The notes under the pieces: model-generated
Database searches by the model: none
What the model saw: only the letters and a program-made list of their open reading frames with translations
What the model was told of the DNA's origin: nothing
Translations under genes and position numbers: made by a program
Shown here: positions 31,215-41,272 of the stretch, one piece after another
How positions within the stretch are numbered: position 1 is the stretch's first letter
Layout: each line of letters begins with the position of its first letter
Assembly (NCBI GenBank): GCA_037481655.1
Contig: JBBFLF010000005.1
Coordinates: forward strand, 76,193 to 140,192
Source of the DNA: Desulfobaccales bacterium
GTDB lineage: Bacteria; Desulfobacterota; Desulfobaccia; Desulfobaccales; 0-14-0-80-60-11
DNA length: 64,000 bases
Direction of reading: 5' to 3'

Positions 31215-32234
31215 ATGTATTTGAACTACAATATTTCCAAAGCGCTCCTGTTGCTGATTGCCACCGACCTGTTCATCATCGTCGTGGCCGGCATGCAATC
31301 CGCCACCGCCATCATCAATCCTTTCCTGTTGGCGGTTTTTCTCGCCACCCTCTGTTCTCCCCTCCTGGACGGATTGAGACGCCTGGGGCTTCCCAACGGT
31401 GTGGCCGTCGGCCTGATTGTTCTGGGATTGCTGGTCCTCGCGGTGCTCCTGATGATTTTTGTGGGCCGCTCGGTGAACACCCTGGCGAGGGAGTTACCGC
31501 TCTGTCAGGAACGTCTGGCCGACTTCTTCAATAAAGCCGGCGTCTGGCTGGGCCAGCTAGGAATCGATATTTTCAATACCCCGTTAACCGATCATATTTC
31601 CCCGGGGAAAATTATGAGCGTGGTGTCCTATGGACTGACGCTTTTTCGGGGGTTGTTTACCAACATGTTCCTGATCTTGCTCACCGTCCTGTTTATTTTG
31701 CTGGAGGCCTCGAGTTTCCCCCGCAAGATCCAGGAGGCCTCCGCCGATCCGGAGCGCGGCCTGGGCCATTTCAAGGCCATGACGGCAAACATCAATCGCT
31801 ACATGGGCCTGAAAGCGCTTTTCAGCCTGGCCACCGGGCTGGCCCTCTGGATTCTGCTGGCCCTCATCGGGGTGGATTTTGCCGGCACCTGGGCGTTGCT
31901 GGCCTTTTTCTTGAATTTCATCCCCAGCATCGGTTCCATCATTGCGGCAATTCCGGCCATCTTCTGGGCGCTGATCCAGTTGGGCCTGCCCTCCGCCGTG
32001 CTGACGCTCCTGGCCTATCTCGTGGTCAATGTTGCTATCGGGAACTTCCTGGAACCGAAATTTATGGGGCGCAAACTGGGATTGTCGCCTCTGGTGGTCT
32101 TTCTCTCCTTGATTTTCTGGGGCTGGGTCCTGGGGCCCGTGGGCATGGTGCTGTCCGTGCCCCTCACCATGATTGCCAAAATCGCCCTGGCGAGCAGTGA
32201 AGACACCCGCTGGATCGCCGTCATGCTGGAGTAG
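31215..32234 (+). CDS. AI-2E family transporter (UPF0118/PerM-like)
   Basis: 339-aa polytopic protein with FLNFIPSIGSIIAAIPA and FLSLIFWGWVLGPVGMVLSVPLT motifs. Confidence 0.8.
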   Translation: MYLNYNISKALLLLIATDLFIIVVAGMQSATAIINPFLLAVFLATLCSPLLDGLRRLGLPNGVAVGLIVLGLLVLAVLLMIFVGRSVNTLARELPLCQERLADFFNKAGVWLGQLGIDIFNTPLTDHISPGKIMSVVSYGLTLFRGLFTNMFLILLTVLFILLEASSFPRKIQEASADPERGLGHFKAMTANINRYMGLKALFSLATGLALWILLALIGVDFAGTWALLAFFLNFIPSIGSIIAAIPAIFWALIQLGLPSAVLTLLAYLVVNVAIGNFLEPKFMGRKLGLSPLVVFLSLIFWGWVLGPVGMVLSVPLTMIAKIALASSEDTRWIAVMLE

Positions 32235-32307
32235 GGCCTGAGCCTGCCACCTCCGGCTCGCCCAGGGACCCGTTTGGTTTGGCCCCCTCCACCCACAAAG
32301 GACTGCC

Positions 32308-33600
32308 ATGCCCATGACCTATTACTTCATCAGTGATCTGCACCTCGGAGGCGATGAGGCCCTGGGGGTGTGCGATTATGAGGCGGAGCTCATCGCTTTC
32401 CTGGAAGACCTCGCCCGGCAGCCGGGGGAAGCCGAGCTCCTGATCATCGGCGATATCTTTGGCCTGTGGGAATTTACCGACCTGGAGGGGCCCCAGAAAC
32501 TCCAGGCGGTGATGGCGCAGTTCCCCCACATCTTTGATGCCTTCCGGCATGCCGGCCGCAGCGTCAAGATCACCATGCTCCCCGGCAACCATGACTATGA
32601 AATCGCCTGTTACCCCCAGTTCGTCGAGATGCTGCAGGCGTACAATATTCATTTGGAGCGCACTCCCGCCATCACCCGGGAGATCGGCGGCCAGCGCCTC
32701 TGGATCGAGCACGGCAATCAATATGACGCCTACAACCGCATGCCCGATTTCGGCAACCCCCATGCCCAGCCCATCGGCTATTTCATCACCAGCAGTGTGG
32801 TCAGCACCGCCGGCAAGCATTCCAAGTATGGCAAATACAACTGGTTGAAAGACATCCAGTCGGTTTATCCCTCCGAACAGATTCCCTACTGGGTCCTGTC
32901 CAATTACTTCTATCACGAGATGAGTCCCTTGCTGCGGTGGTTTTTCCTACCCTTTGGTCTGTTGTCCGGATTCGAGCTTTTTGTCCTGGTCGGCGCGGTG
33001 CTGGAGTGGCTCGGCAAAACCAAAACCAATATCTTTCTCAACAACCAGTTGTTTGCGGCCCTGGGGATTGTCGGCAACCTGGTGCAGATCATCCTCATAG
33101 TCAATACCTTCTTTTTTGCGATCCTGATTGCTTTGGCGGTGCCCATCTATCTGATCTGGCGCGATTTCAAGGCCACGTTGCGCCGGTTCCGGATAGTCCT
33201 GAACCCCGCCGAACTCAGCAGTGAGAAAGAGGAACAGTACCTGCAGGCGGCCCAAGAAATCTTTGCTCAGGATCCGGCTACCATCATCTTCATTTATGGC
33301 CACACCCACTTTCCCTCCCTGCGGCAGTTGGGCCGGCGGGCGGTGATCAACACCGGCACCTGGCTGAAACGGCTCGATCCCGTAGCGCCCCGGATGGGCT
33401 TTTTACCCCATGTGTATGTGCCCTTCTTCTGTCTCAATTATTTCCGGATCAGCCAAGTTGAGGGCCGGATCGCCATCGACTACCGGAAGATCCCCAAGGA
33501 CCCGCCCCAGGATCTGAGCCTCCTGCAGCGCTTGTTGATCTGGGGGAAACGCCGCCCGCCGGAAGCCTCCCTCCCGGAACGGACCTGGCTTGATCTATGA
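32308..33600 (+). CDS. Membrane-associated metallophosphoesterase
   Basis: 430 aa. Motifs ISDLHLGGDE, IIGDIFGLWEF, PGNHDYE, IEHGNQYD, YGHTHFP, with central hydrophobic segments. Confidence 0.75.
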   Translation: MPMTYYFISDLHLGGDEALGVCDYEAELIAFLEDLARQPGEAELLIIGDIFGLWEFTDLEGPQKLQAVMAQFPHIFDAFRHAGRSVKITMLPGNHDYEIACYPQFVEMLQAYNIHLERTPAITREIGGQRLWIEHGNQYDAYNRMPDFGNPHAQPIGYFITSSVVSTAGKHSKYGKYNWLKDIQSVYPSEQIPYWVLSNYFYHEMSPLLRWFFLPFGLLSGFELFVLVGAVLEWLGKTKTNIFLNNQLFAALGIVGNLVQIILIVNTFFFAILIALAVPIYLIWRDFKATLRRFRIVLNPAELSSEKEEQYLQAAQEIFAQDPATIIFIYGHTHFPSLRQLGRRAVINTGTWLKRLDPVAPRMGFLPHVYVPFFCLNYFRISQVEGRIAIDYRKIPKDPPQDLSLLQRLLIWGKRRPPEASLPERTWLDL

Positions 33601-34418
33601 CCCTGGCCCCGGAGGGAGAGCTCATGTCCTATCTCGAATCCTTTCTGGCGGTGCTGGCCTTGGCCCTCTGGCACGTGCTGTGCGGCCGGCTGCCCCTCAT
33701 TCACAGCGTGCGCCACAGCAACTGGCTGTCCTTCTCCGGCGGGGTGGCGGTGGCCTATGTCTTCGAGACTCTGCTGCCCAAACTGGGAGAGTGGCAGGGG
33801 TTGATTCTGAAGCAGGGACAGGCCAAGACCGCGGTTCCCAAGCTGTGGGAAGATTTGGGTCTGGTGCAGTATTACGGAGAGCTGGCCAGGCTGATCAATT
33901 ACGAGATCTTTTTGCTGGCTCTGGCGGGGGTGGTATCTTTCCTGTGGGTTGACTGGGTCATCCACGCCCGCCGGCAGAAATCAGGGGAAGGGGGGGCCTC
34001 GGGGGACCTGTTCGGTCTTCATGTCGGCATCTTTGCCGTTTATAACGTCTTAATCGGCTATGTCACCGCCCATAATATTCTCCCTGGCCCCTTGGTGCAG
34101 GTGCTGTTAGTCATCGCCTTGGCGCTGCATTTCCTGGGCGTCAATCACACCCTGTGGATCCATTACCGGGAGAGATTTGACGACGTGGGACGCTGGCTCT
34201 TTGCCGGCTCTCTCTTTTTTGGGTGGGTGCTGGGGGTGATGACTGAATTTGCCGAAGCCATTTACATCGGCATGTATTCTTTTCTGGCCGGTGCCATTAT
34301 TGTCAGTGTCTTCAATGACGAATTGCCGAATCGCAACGAAGGTCATTTCTGGCCGTTTTTGGCGGGGGTCCTGATATACTCATACTTTATGATGAATATC
34401 TATTCATATACCAAGTGA
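33597..34418 (+). CDS. Polytopic membrane protein, possibly distant ZIP-like
   Basis: 273 aa with multiple TM segments. ATGA overlap with the upstream gene. C-terminal FLAGAIIVSVFNDELP weakly recalls ZIP transporters. Confidence 0.5.
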   Translation: MTLAPEGELMSYLESFLAVLALALWHVLCGRLPLIHSVRHSNWLSFSGGVAVAYVFETLLPKLGEWQGLILKQGQAKTAVPKLWEDLGLVQYYGELARLINYEIFLLALAGVVSFLWVDWVIHARRQKSGEGGASGDLFGLHVGIFAVYNVLIGYVTAHNILPGPLVQVLLVIALALHFLGVNHTLWIHYRERFDDVGRWLFAGSLFFGWVLGVMTEFAEAIYIGMYSFLAGAIIVSVFNDELPNRNEGHFWPFLAGVLIYSYFMMNIYSYTK

Positions 34419-34506
34419 ATTTTTCTGATGTCCATGGGCACATTATGGCTGGAGGTCCGAAGCGTTGCGGGCGCCCGGCCAACCAGATGAAAAGTGAAGG
34501 AGTATC

Positions 34507-35529
34507 ATGCTTACCTTAATTCTTGCAGCTATCCTGCTATGGTCAGGGCTGGCGGCAGAGGCCGCCTGGGCAGGTCAGACCCTGGAGACGGTGCGGGCCA
34601 ACCGGGTAGTCCGCGGCGGAGTGGGAGAGGACCTGCCGGGTTTTTCCCAGAAGAACAAGGCCGGCTCCTGGCAGGGTTTCGACATCGATTTCTGCCGGGC
34701 CCTGGCCGCCGCGGTGCTGGGCCATCCCGATCAGGTGTCCTTTGTCCCGGTCACCTACGCCAACCGCTTTCCGGTCCTGCTCTCCGGCAAAATTGATGTG
34801 CTCCTGCACACGACCACCTACACCTTCAAGCGGGAGGCCGCCATCGGGGTGCACTTCGCCGGGGTCATGTACTACGACGGGCAAGCCTTCCTGGTCCCGA
34901 AAAAGAGCGGCCTCCGCCAACCGGCCGATCTGAACGGCGCCACCATCTGCGTGGGGAAAAGGACCACGCATGGGGAGAACTTGGCCGAGTACTTCGAAGC
35001 CCGGGGCTGGACCTATAAGCCCCTGGCCTTCGAAAGCCTGCCGGAGATGACGGCGGCGTTCTTCGGCGGCCGATGTCAGGCCCTGACCCTGGACCGGTCA
35101 CAGCTGGCCGCAGTCCGGGCCATGGCCCCCGGCGGCGCTTCGGAGTACGACCTTCTGCCTGAGACCATTTCCAAGGAACCCCTGGGGCCGGTGGTGCGGC
35201 GAGGGGACGACGAATGGCTCAGCCTGGTCAAGTGGGTGCTGTATGCCCTCATCGAAGCCGAGGAACGGGGGGTCACCCAGGCCAACGCCCGCACCCTGCT
35301 GGCCATCACTCCTGACCCCGCCCTCCGGACCTTTCTCGCTTCCGACGGCCTATCGGAAAAATCTTTGGGGATCGCCCCCGGCTGGGTGGTCCGGGTCATT
35401 GAGGCGGTGGGCAATTACGGCGAGATCTTTGAGCGGCACTTTGGCAGTCAAAGCGGGCTCAATCTCGAGCGGGGGCCCAACCGGCTGTGGACCCAGGGAG
35501 GCCTGATGTATGCGCCCCCCTTTCGCTGA
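34507..35529 (+). CDS. Amino-acid ABC transporter substrate-binding protein (AapJ/BztA-like)
   Basis: 340 aa with signal peptide. GVGEDLPGFS...GFDIDFCRALAAAVLG pattern of general L-amino-acid binding proteins. Confidence 0.75.
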   Translation: MLTLILAAILLWSGLAAEAAWAGQTLETVRANRVVRGGVGEDLPGFSQKNKAGSWQGFDIDFCRALAAAVLGHPDQVSFVPVTYANRFPVLLSGKIDVLLHTTTYTFKREAAIGVHFAGVMYYDGQAFLVPKKSGLRQPADLNGATICVGKRTTHGENLAEYFEARGWTYKPLAFESLPEMTAAFFGGRCQALTLDRSQLAAVRAMAPGGASEYDLLPETISKEPLGPVVRRGDDEWLSLVKWVLYALIEAEERGVTQANARTLLAITPDPALRTFLASDGLSEKSLGIAPGWVVRVIEAVGNYGEIFERHFGSQSGLNLERGPNRLWTQGGLMYAPPFR

Positions 35530-35611
35530 GGGGCCAGCCTCCCGAGGATAACTATGGCCACCTTTCCGCCATGCTTAACAAGATAAGCGAGATCGAAAGA
35601 GAGACTTCTCC

Positions 35612-36958
35612 ATGCTGCCCGAACATATCCAGAATATCGTGATCATCGTGGTTTTCCTCGGGGTCATCATCGCCATCGCCCTTGACGTCATCGACATGCT
35701 GGTGGCCGCGCTGTTGGGGGTGTCCGTGCTGATTTTTGCCGGGATTTTCACCCAGCAGGACATCCTCAACGTTACCCGGGTGGCCAGCGGCCCCCTGGCC
35801 CTGCTGTTCGGGGGCATGGTGGTGGCCCGTATCCTGGTGCCCACCGGCCTCTTTGAGTATATCGGCTCCCGTTATGTGCTGTTGACTCAGGGAAGCGGCA
35901 AGCGGTTTCTCCTGAGTCTCTTCCTTCTGGTGGGCCCGCTCTGTGCGGTGCTCCCCAATGCCACCACGGTGATTCTCCTGGCACCCATCATCATCCGGGT
36001 GGCCCTCACCCTGAAAATCGACTTCGTGGGCCCCATGGTGGTGACCGCTATTATCAGCAATTCGGCGGGCTTGCTCACTTTGGTGGGGGACCCCGCCACC
36101 TTTCTTGTGGGCAGCAGCATCGGCATGACCTTCACGCAATATCTCCGAAAGATGAGCTTGGGGGGCCTTCTGGCAGTTCTGGTGCTCCTGCCCCTCTTGC
36201 CGTGGCTGCTGAAAGACGTGTGGCAAGTCAGGCGGGAGCTGCCCCCGGATCTCAAGCCGGCGCCCCTTAAGCGCCCCAAAATGTGCCTGGTTGCTCTCCT
36301 GATCCTGGCCTTGATGATGCTCTTGTTTATCTTTGGCGACTACATTCCGCAAAGGATCGTCCCCCCGGCCGTGGCCATCATTGCCGCCTCCCTGGGCCTG
36401 CTCCTGGTCTATGCCGCCCATGTCGAGCCGGTGACCACCGTGCTGGCGGACGTGGATTGGCGGACCTTGCTGTTTCTCATCTGCCTCTTCTCCCTGGTGG
36501 AGGCCTTTACTAAAACCGGCCTGCTCCAGGGGATGTCCCAGTATCTCCACCTGTGGTTCGGGACCAATCTCCTGCTGATCAGCATGGTGGTTCTCCTGGG
36601 GGTGGGTTTTTCCTCGAGCTTGCTGGCCAACATTCCCGTGGTGGCGGTCATGCTCCTCATGGTGCGGGGATATCTGGTCAGCGCCCATTTCGTCCCGGAA
36701 ACCGCCATGGCCCCCACCTTTGTCAATTGGCCGGTGGAGGTGCAGCCGGTGTTTGCCGCCATGATGTTCGGCGGGACCCTGGGGGGAAATGCCACCCTCA
36801 TCGGCGCCTCGGCCAACGTGGTGGCCGCCGGCATCTGCGCCGCCCAGGGCAAGCGCATCTCCTTCGTCACCTTTCTGCGTTACGGGGTGCCTTTGACGCT
36901 GTGCCAGCTGGCGATCTCTCTGTTATATGTGCTGGCCCTGTTTTATTTCAGTTCCTGA
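35612..36958 (+). CDS. ArsB/NhaD-superfamily (CitMHS/SLC13-like) anion permease
   Basis: 448-aa polytopic protein with a two-fold repeat architecture and LLANIPVVAVMLLMV, GGNATLIGASANVV motifs. Confidence 0.7.
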   Translation: MLPEHIQNIVIIVVFLGVIIAIALDVIDMLVAALLGVSVLIFAGIFTQQDILNVTRVASGPLALLFGGMVVARILVPTGLFEYIGSRYVLLTQGSGKRFLLSLFLLVGPLCAVLPNATTVILLAPIIIRVALTLKIDFVGPMVVTAIISNSAGLLTLVGDPATFLVGSSIGMTFTQYLRKMSLGGLLAVLVLLPLLPWLLKDVWQVRRELPPDLKPAPLKRPKMCLVALLILALMMLLFIFGDYIPQRIVPPAVAIIAASLGLLLVYAAHVEPVTTVLADVDWRTLLFLICLFSLVEAFTKTGLLQGMSQYLHLWFGTNLLLISMVVLLGVGFSSSLLANIPVVAVMLLMVRGYLVSAHFVPETAMAPTFVNWPVEVQPVFAAMMFGGTLGGNATLIGASANVVAAGICAAQGKRISFVTFLRYGVPLTLCQLAISLLYVLALFYFSS

Positions 36959-37100
36959 TTCTGGCTCCATCCCGGTCCGCCGCCAAGGGGGCTCACGGGC
37001 GACAATCTTGCTCTCAATCCAGTGAGTAATATGGTCCAGGTCATCACTGCAGGTCACCACAATGTTTAGGCTTTAATACCAATCTCTATAGGAGACCTCC

Positions 37101-38198
37101 ATGCAACCTCATCGCTTCCATCAAACCCTTGGCAGCCTGCTGGTCACCCTGATTCTGTGCCTCGCAACTTTGCAACCGGCCTACGCCTGCACCCGGGCAG
37201 TCTTTAAGGGCCACGATGGCACCGTCTTTACCGGGCGCACCATGGACTGGAAAGAGGATATCCAAAGCAATCTCTGGGTGTTTCCCCGGGGCATGCAGCG
37301 AGACGGCGCCGCGGGACCAAAATCTCCCAAGTGGGTCTCCAAGTATGGCAGCCTCATCGCCAGCGGCTACGATCTGGGCAGCACAGACGGCATCAATGAA
37401 AAGGGGTTGGTGGTCAATCTGCTGTATCTGGTGGAATCGGACTACGGCAGCCTGCAGGGCAAGCCGCCCCTGTCCATCTCTCTGTGGGGCCAGTATGTGC
37501 TGGACAACTTTGCCACGGTGGCCGAGGCGGTGGCCGCCCTGCGCCAGGAGCCGTTCCGGCTGAGGTCCATGAAACTGGACAATGGCGTGGAAGTCCTCCT
37601 GCATCTGGCGATTTCGGATGCCACCGGCGATTCCGCCATTTTCCAGTACATCCACGGCAAACTCATCATCCACCACGGCCCGCAATACCAGGTGATGACC
37701 AATTCCCCGGCCTATGACCAGCAGCTTGCCCTCAACGAATACTGGGTGAGTATCGGTGGTTTGACCTTTCTGCCGGGGACGAACCGGTCCGCGGACCGCT
37801 TTGCCCGAACTTACTTCCTCATCAACGCCATCCCGACAACCATTGCCCCCAGCTATATCAAGGCGGTGCCCCAGGGGTCCTTTGCCAATCAGGCCGCGCT
37901 CAGCGTGCTCAGCGTCATGCGCAGCGTCAGCGTCCCCTTGGGCATCACCACCCCCGGCCAGCCCAACATCGCCTCCACGGTCTGGCGGACGGTGGCGGAC
38001 CACACGAACCTGGTTTATTTCTTCGATTCTGCCACCAGCCCCAACGTCTTCTGGATTCCCATGAAGCAGCTGGACCTGAAAGAAGGCGCGCCGGTGAGAA
38101 AGCTGGTCTTGGTGGGCGGCAAGGTATATGCCGGCAACGTGGCAAACAAATTTGAACCGGCCCCGCCGTTTGCCTTTCTGCCCGCGGCGGCAGAGTGA
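37101..38198 (+). CDS. Secreted linear-amide C-N hydrolase, choloylglycine hydrolase (Ntn) family
   Basis: Signal peptide ending ..PAYA followed by the nucleophile Cys (CTRAVFKG..TGRTMDW), typical of the Ntn-CGH family. Confidence 0.75.
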   Translation: MQPHRFHQTLGSLLVTLILCLATLQPAYACTRAVFKGHDGTVFTGRTMDWKEDIQSNLWVFPRGMQRDGAAGPKSPKWVSKYGSLIASGYDLGSTDGINEKGLVVNLLYLVESDYGSLQGKPPLSISLWGQYVLDNFATVAEAVAALRQEPFRLRSMKLDNGVEVLLHLAISDATGDSAIFQYIHGKLIIHHGPQYQVMTNSPAYDQQLALNEYWVSIGGLTFLPGTNRSADRFARTYFLINAIPTTIAPSYIKAVPQGSFANQAALSVLSVMRSVSVPLGITTPGQPNIASTVWRTVADHTNLVYFFDSATSPNVFWIPMKQLDLKEGAPVRKLVLVGGKVYAGNVANKFEPAPPFAFLPAAAE

Positions 38199-38436
38199 CG
38201 GAACCTGTTGGTAAAGTTCGTCAGGTTCTGTTGCCGGGCTGCCCCTATTACTTGGAACAATAAATGGTTTACATAATATGGTGATAGATTTGTTTTGAGG
38301 CAGCGGGGGAGAGGTCATAAACCCTGACCATTTCACCCAACAACCCATCGAACGCCATCTGAGCCTACTATTTTACAGGGGCATTGCCCTGATCCGTCTC
38401 AGGGCTTTTTCGTCCCTGCCTTCTTAGAGTGTTTTT

Positions 38437-38847
38437 ATGGAAATGATTCATTGGGGGCATGCACATCTGGGAACCGTCGCCGGCGCCATCAGGTTGCTGC
38501 TCGAATCCGTGTCGGTGCTCTGTGTGGCCATGGGTCTGATCGCCACTCTGGCCATGCTCCTCGGCGTCTTCTGGCGCAGTGGCCGTTTCACCTTGAGTCC
38601 CCACGCCGTGCGCTTGAGGTTTGGCACCTGGCTGGGAATGGCCTTGGAATTTCAGCTCGGAGCCGACATCGTCGCCACCACCGTGAACCCGACCTTGCAG
38701 TCCCTGACGGAATTGGCCATCCTGGCCGCGGTGCGAACCTTCCTCAATTACTTTCTGCAAAAGGAACTGGAGGCCGGAGAGCGTCTGGCAGCAGAGAGGT
38801 CGGAAGGGGTGGCCGCTGCCGGAAGCCCCAGGTCTGAAAACCCCTAA
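38437..38847 (+). CDS. DUF1622-family membrane protein
   Basis: 136 aa, three TM segments, LEFQLGADIVATTV..LAILAAVRTFLNYFL pattern. Confidence 0.65.
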   Translation: MEMIHWGHAHLGTVAGAIRLLLESVSVLCVAMGLIATLAMLLGVFWRSGRFTLSPHAVRLRFGTWLGMALEFQLGADIVATTVNPTLQSLTELAILAAVRTFLNYFLQKELEAGERLAAERSEGVAAAGSPRSENP

Positions 38848-38881
38848 GATGCTTAAAAGGAACACAAAAGGAGGAGCGGCA

Positions 38882-39340
38882 ATGGAGAGTCTCGCAAAAG
38901 CCCTCGCGGCCCTGACCCTGGCCGCGGTGCTCTCGACCCCGGGGGCGGCCCTGGCAGAAAAACGCCCGGTGGAGCCGACCCGGACCTGGAAGGGCTCGGT
39001 GGCCGACGAAAACCGCCTGCCCCAGGAGTTGCCGGTGGTGATCCATCACGGCTCCCAGCTCCAAGAACTCTGGGAGCACTGGCAGATAAAGGAGCCCCTG
39101 CCCCAGGTGGACTTCGCCCGGGAACTCGTGGTGGCCACGGCCACCCGGGGAAGCGTGTTGCGGTTGGCGCTCACCCTGGACGACCGGGGGAACCTGGAAG
39201 TGGGCGGTTTGTCCACCATGGACCTGCGCCCCGGCTTTAGGTATGTCATCGCCACCGTCAGCCGGGCCGGGGTTAACACAGTGAACGGCAAGAGGCTGGA
39301 GACTCCCGCCTCCTCATCCTCAACTCGGGGACAGCCATAG
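38882..39340 (+). CDS. Secreted hypothetical protein
   Basis: Start chosen at the ATG with RBS AAAGGAGGAGCGGCAATG. Signal peptide ..PGAALA. Confidence 0.55.
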   Translation: MESLAKALAALTLAAVLSTPGAALAEKRPVEPTRTWKGSVADENRLPQELPVVIHHGSQLQELWEHWQIKEPLPQVDFARELVVATATRGSVLRLALTLDDRGNLEVGGLSTMDLRPGFRYVIATVSRAGVNTVNGKRLETPASSSSTRGQP

Positions 39341-39458
39341 TAAATCTCCTGAGCCTGCAAAGGATGGCGACGGCCGCTTGTAGCGGCGTCATGCGGGTCG
39401 AGGTTATGTTATAGGATTTCCAGTAATTATTTTTCTGGTGACGCAGATTGTGTTTCAG

Positions 39459-39507
39459 GACAGAAGGCCCGGAGGGCGGCGCGGGCCACCCCCCGGCCCT
39501 GTCTTTT
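39459..39507 (+). terminator. Possible intrinsic terminator between convergent genes
   Basis: GGACAGAAGGCCCGG...CCGGCCCTGTC stem (one bulge) followed by TTTT. Confidence 0.4.
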
Positions 39508-39551
39508 CCGGGGATGGGCGGGTTCACGTCCGGGCCGGCCGGGCTCAGGTA

Positions 39552-40058
39552 TTACGGGCAGGGTTCAGCCGCATAGAACCTGCGGCCCGGTCGGGAGCAT
39601 AACTGCGCCCAGAGCGCCCGCTGGATGGTCCAGGCGCCCTCGGCGCCCTTGACTAGCCAGAGGCGCCAACGCTCGCCGCTGACGGCATCGTCCGGATAGC
39701 CGGATTCGGTGACGGTGATGGTGGCAGAGTCCCGCTGCTCCGGCGGGGTGCGGACCTCAATCACCTTCGTATGTCCTTTCATCCCGGCGCCCACCACCTG
39801 GAGAGCCACCGGCACCGCCTCCCGGGGCCAGCGCTCCCCTTTACGGACGGCTTCCCTGACCGCGGCATTCACTGTAGCGACATCCAATGTTTTGACCGAC
39901 CGCACCTCAATGTCTGTAACCCCGAAGTCGGCGATTGCTTGCGCCATGCTTGTCTGGGGAAGTCTTTTTGCACCTTTGTCGGCGGAAAAAGCGCCTTGAG
40001 GAGCAGATAATACCATCAGCATTGCCCAACCGGCCAACATCATCATCCAATAAGTCAT
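39552..40058 (-). CDS. Secreted hypothetical protein
   Basis: 168 aa with N-terminal signal peptide (..VLSAPQGAFSA). Preceded by a consensus-like promoter and an AAGGGG RBS. Confidence 0.55.
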   Translation of the reverse strand: MTYWMMMLAGWAMLMVLSAPQGAFSADKGAKRLPQTSMAQAIADFGVTDIEVRSVKTLDVATVNAAVREAVRKGERWPREAVPVALQVVGAGMKGHTKVIEVRTPPEQRDSATITVTESGYPDDAVSGERWRLWLVKGAEGAWTIQRALWAQLCSRPGRRFYAAEPCP

Positions 40059-40121
40059 AGAAGCCCCTTGATGAATGAATTATTTACCTACATATCATTT
40101 GACTAGATGCTCTCAGCTAAA

Positions 40122-40150
40122 ATGTTGCCCAATGATAAACCATCTGTGAT
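40122..40150 (-). promoter_or_regulatory. Sigma70-like promoter (TTGACA-N17-TATCAT)
   Basis: Perfect -35 and 5/6 -10 on the minus strand, about 60 nt upstream of the 40058 start. Confidence 0.5.
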
Positions 40151-40606
40151 TCTGTGTCAAATAATTCCAGAAGGACCGTTCCGCGCAACTCACGTTGCCT
40201 TTTCCCCTCTGAAACCGCGAAGCAGTGACGCGGCCCATTAACCCATTAACCTGGAGAATCCGCCACGGGGTCCAAAATATTCAAGGTTCTGACAAGATGC
40301 TGCCGTCAGCCGATAAAGAACCCATCAGCCTGACTACTTCATGGGAACAGAGACGGAGTGCCATCATCAGCTTTTCTTTGGAAATCTATTATTCAATGGA
40401 AGGGGGCAGAGGCTCAGGCCACCGGGTCCTCTGCCGCCGGGCCGGCCTATCCGGGAGCTGAAGCGGCGGCGCCGCGTTGATAAGACGGTGCTGCGTAGAT
40501 AATAAGAAGAATACTTTTTAACTTGTATGACTCAAGTCGTCAAAGCAAAGTAAAAATTGAGCAGAAACTCGAATTAATAGAGCCGGCACTTGCCAAGCTG
40601 TAAATA

Positions 40607-40689
40607 CAAAAGGGGTGTGACCAGCGCCCAACTCTTGATTTTTGTGGTAGCTGGGGGTGGATTTGAACCATTGATCTTCCGGTTATGAG
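40607..40689 (-). repeat. Orphan diverged copy of the tRNA-fMet 3' half (anticodon loop to CCA) plus its downstream terminator; putative distal att site
   Basis: Direct repeat of 50767-50850. The tRNA part has 40/45 identical bases. Similarity stops exactly at the anticodon (..GGTTATGAG|). Confidence 0.75.
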
Positions 40690-40726
40690 TTAACTAATTG
40701 TAAGTTATAACAATTTACCTGGACTG

Positions 40727-40978
40727 GTGGCCGCCTCCTTCGGCTGCAGGGCCAGCAAAGGTCTGACCCTGCTGGAGTCTTTATACTTCCGGCCGATCAT
40801 TTCCGTGCAGGCAGCCGCGGAGATGACCCATCTCACTTACCGCAATGCCAACCGCCTGGTGGAGCAGTTTCCCAAGGCCGGCCTGCTTAAAGAGACCACG
40901 GGGCGAAGACGCCACCGCCGCTTTAGGTATGCCTCCTACCTCGCCCTGTTCCTGGACGCCGAAGAGGTTGGGAGATAG
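40727..40978 (+). pseudogene. C-terminal winged-helix remnant of a Fic-family protein
   Basis: LTLLESLYFRPIISVQAAAEMTHLTYRNANRLVEQFPKAGLLKETTGRRRHRRFRYASYLALF matches the C-terminal wHTH pattern of Fic proteins. The Fic core is absent, and the ORF abuts the tRNA-fragment repeat. Confidence 0.6.
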
Positions 40979-41272
40979 AAGGGGGCATCACAGACGGTAA
41001 AGATGGGAGAAGGAATCCCAAAATGGTTTGGTCTAAAATTCCCTTGGACACGGGATTGGGGGATAATCAGTGAGCCGGGGGAATGTAAAATGTCAAGAGG
41101 GCAGGTTCCTTCCCAGGCAGCCCTGCCTTTGATAAAATAGCCTTAACCCTGTCAACAGCGAAGTTTTAAAAAATTGAACACGCGGAAACCTTAATTAAGT
41201 AATTCAACCAACGGTCGTCAAAACAGCAGACGGTCTGGTCCTCCATTTTATGTCCGGCATCAGGATGTTGAC

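Noticed and set aside
40234-40249. Tandem CCCATTAA-CCCATTAA as integrase arm site or iteron
   Set aside because: Only two 8-mers are present, with no further copies seen in the window. This is too little to support a function.
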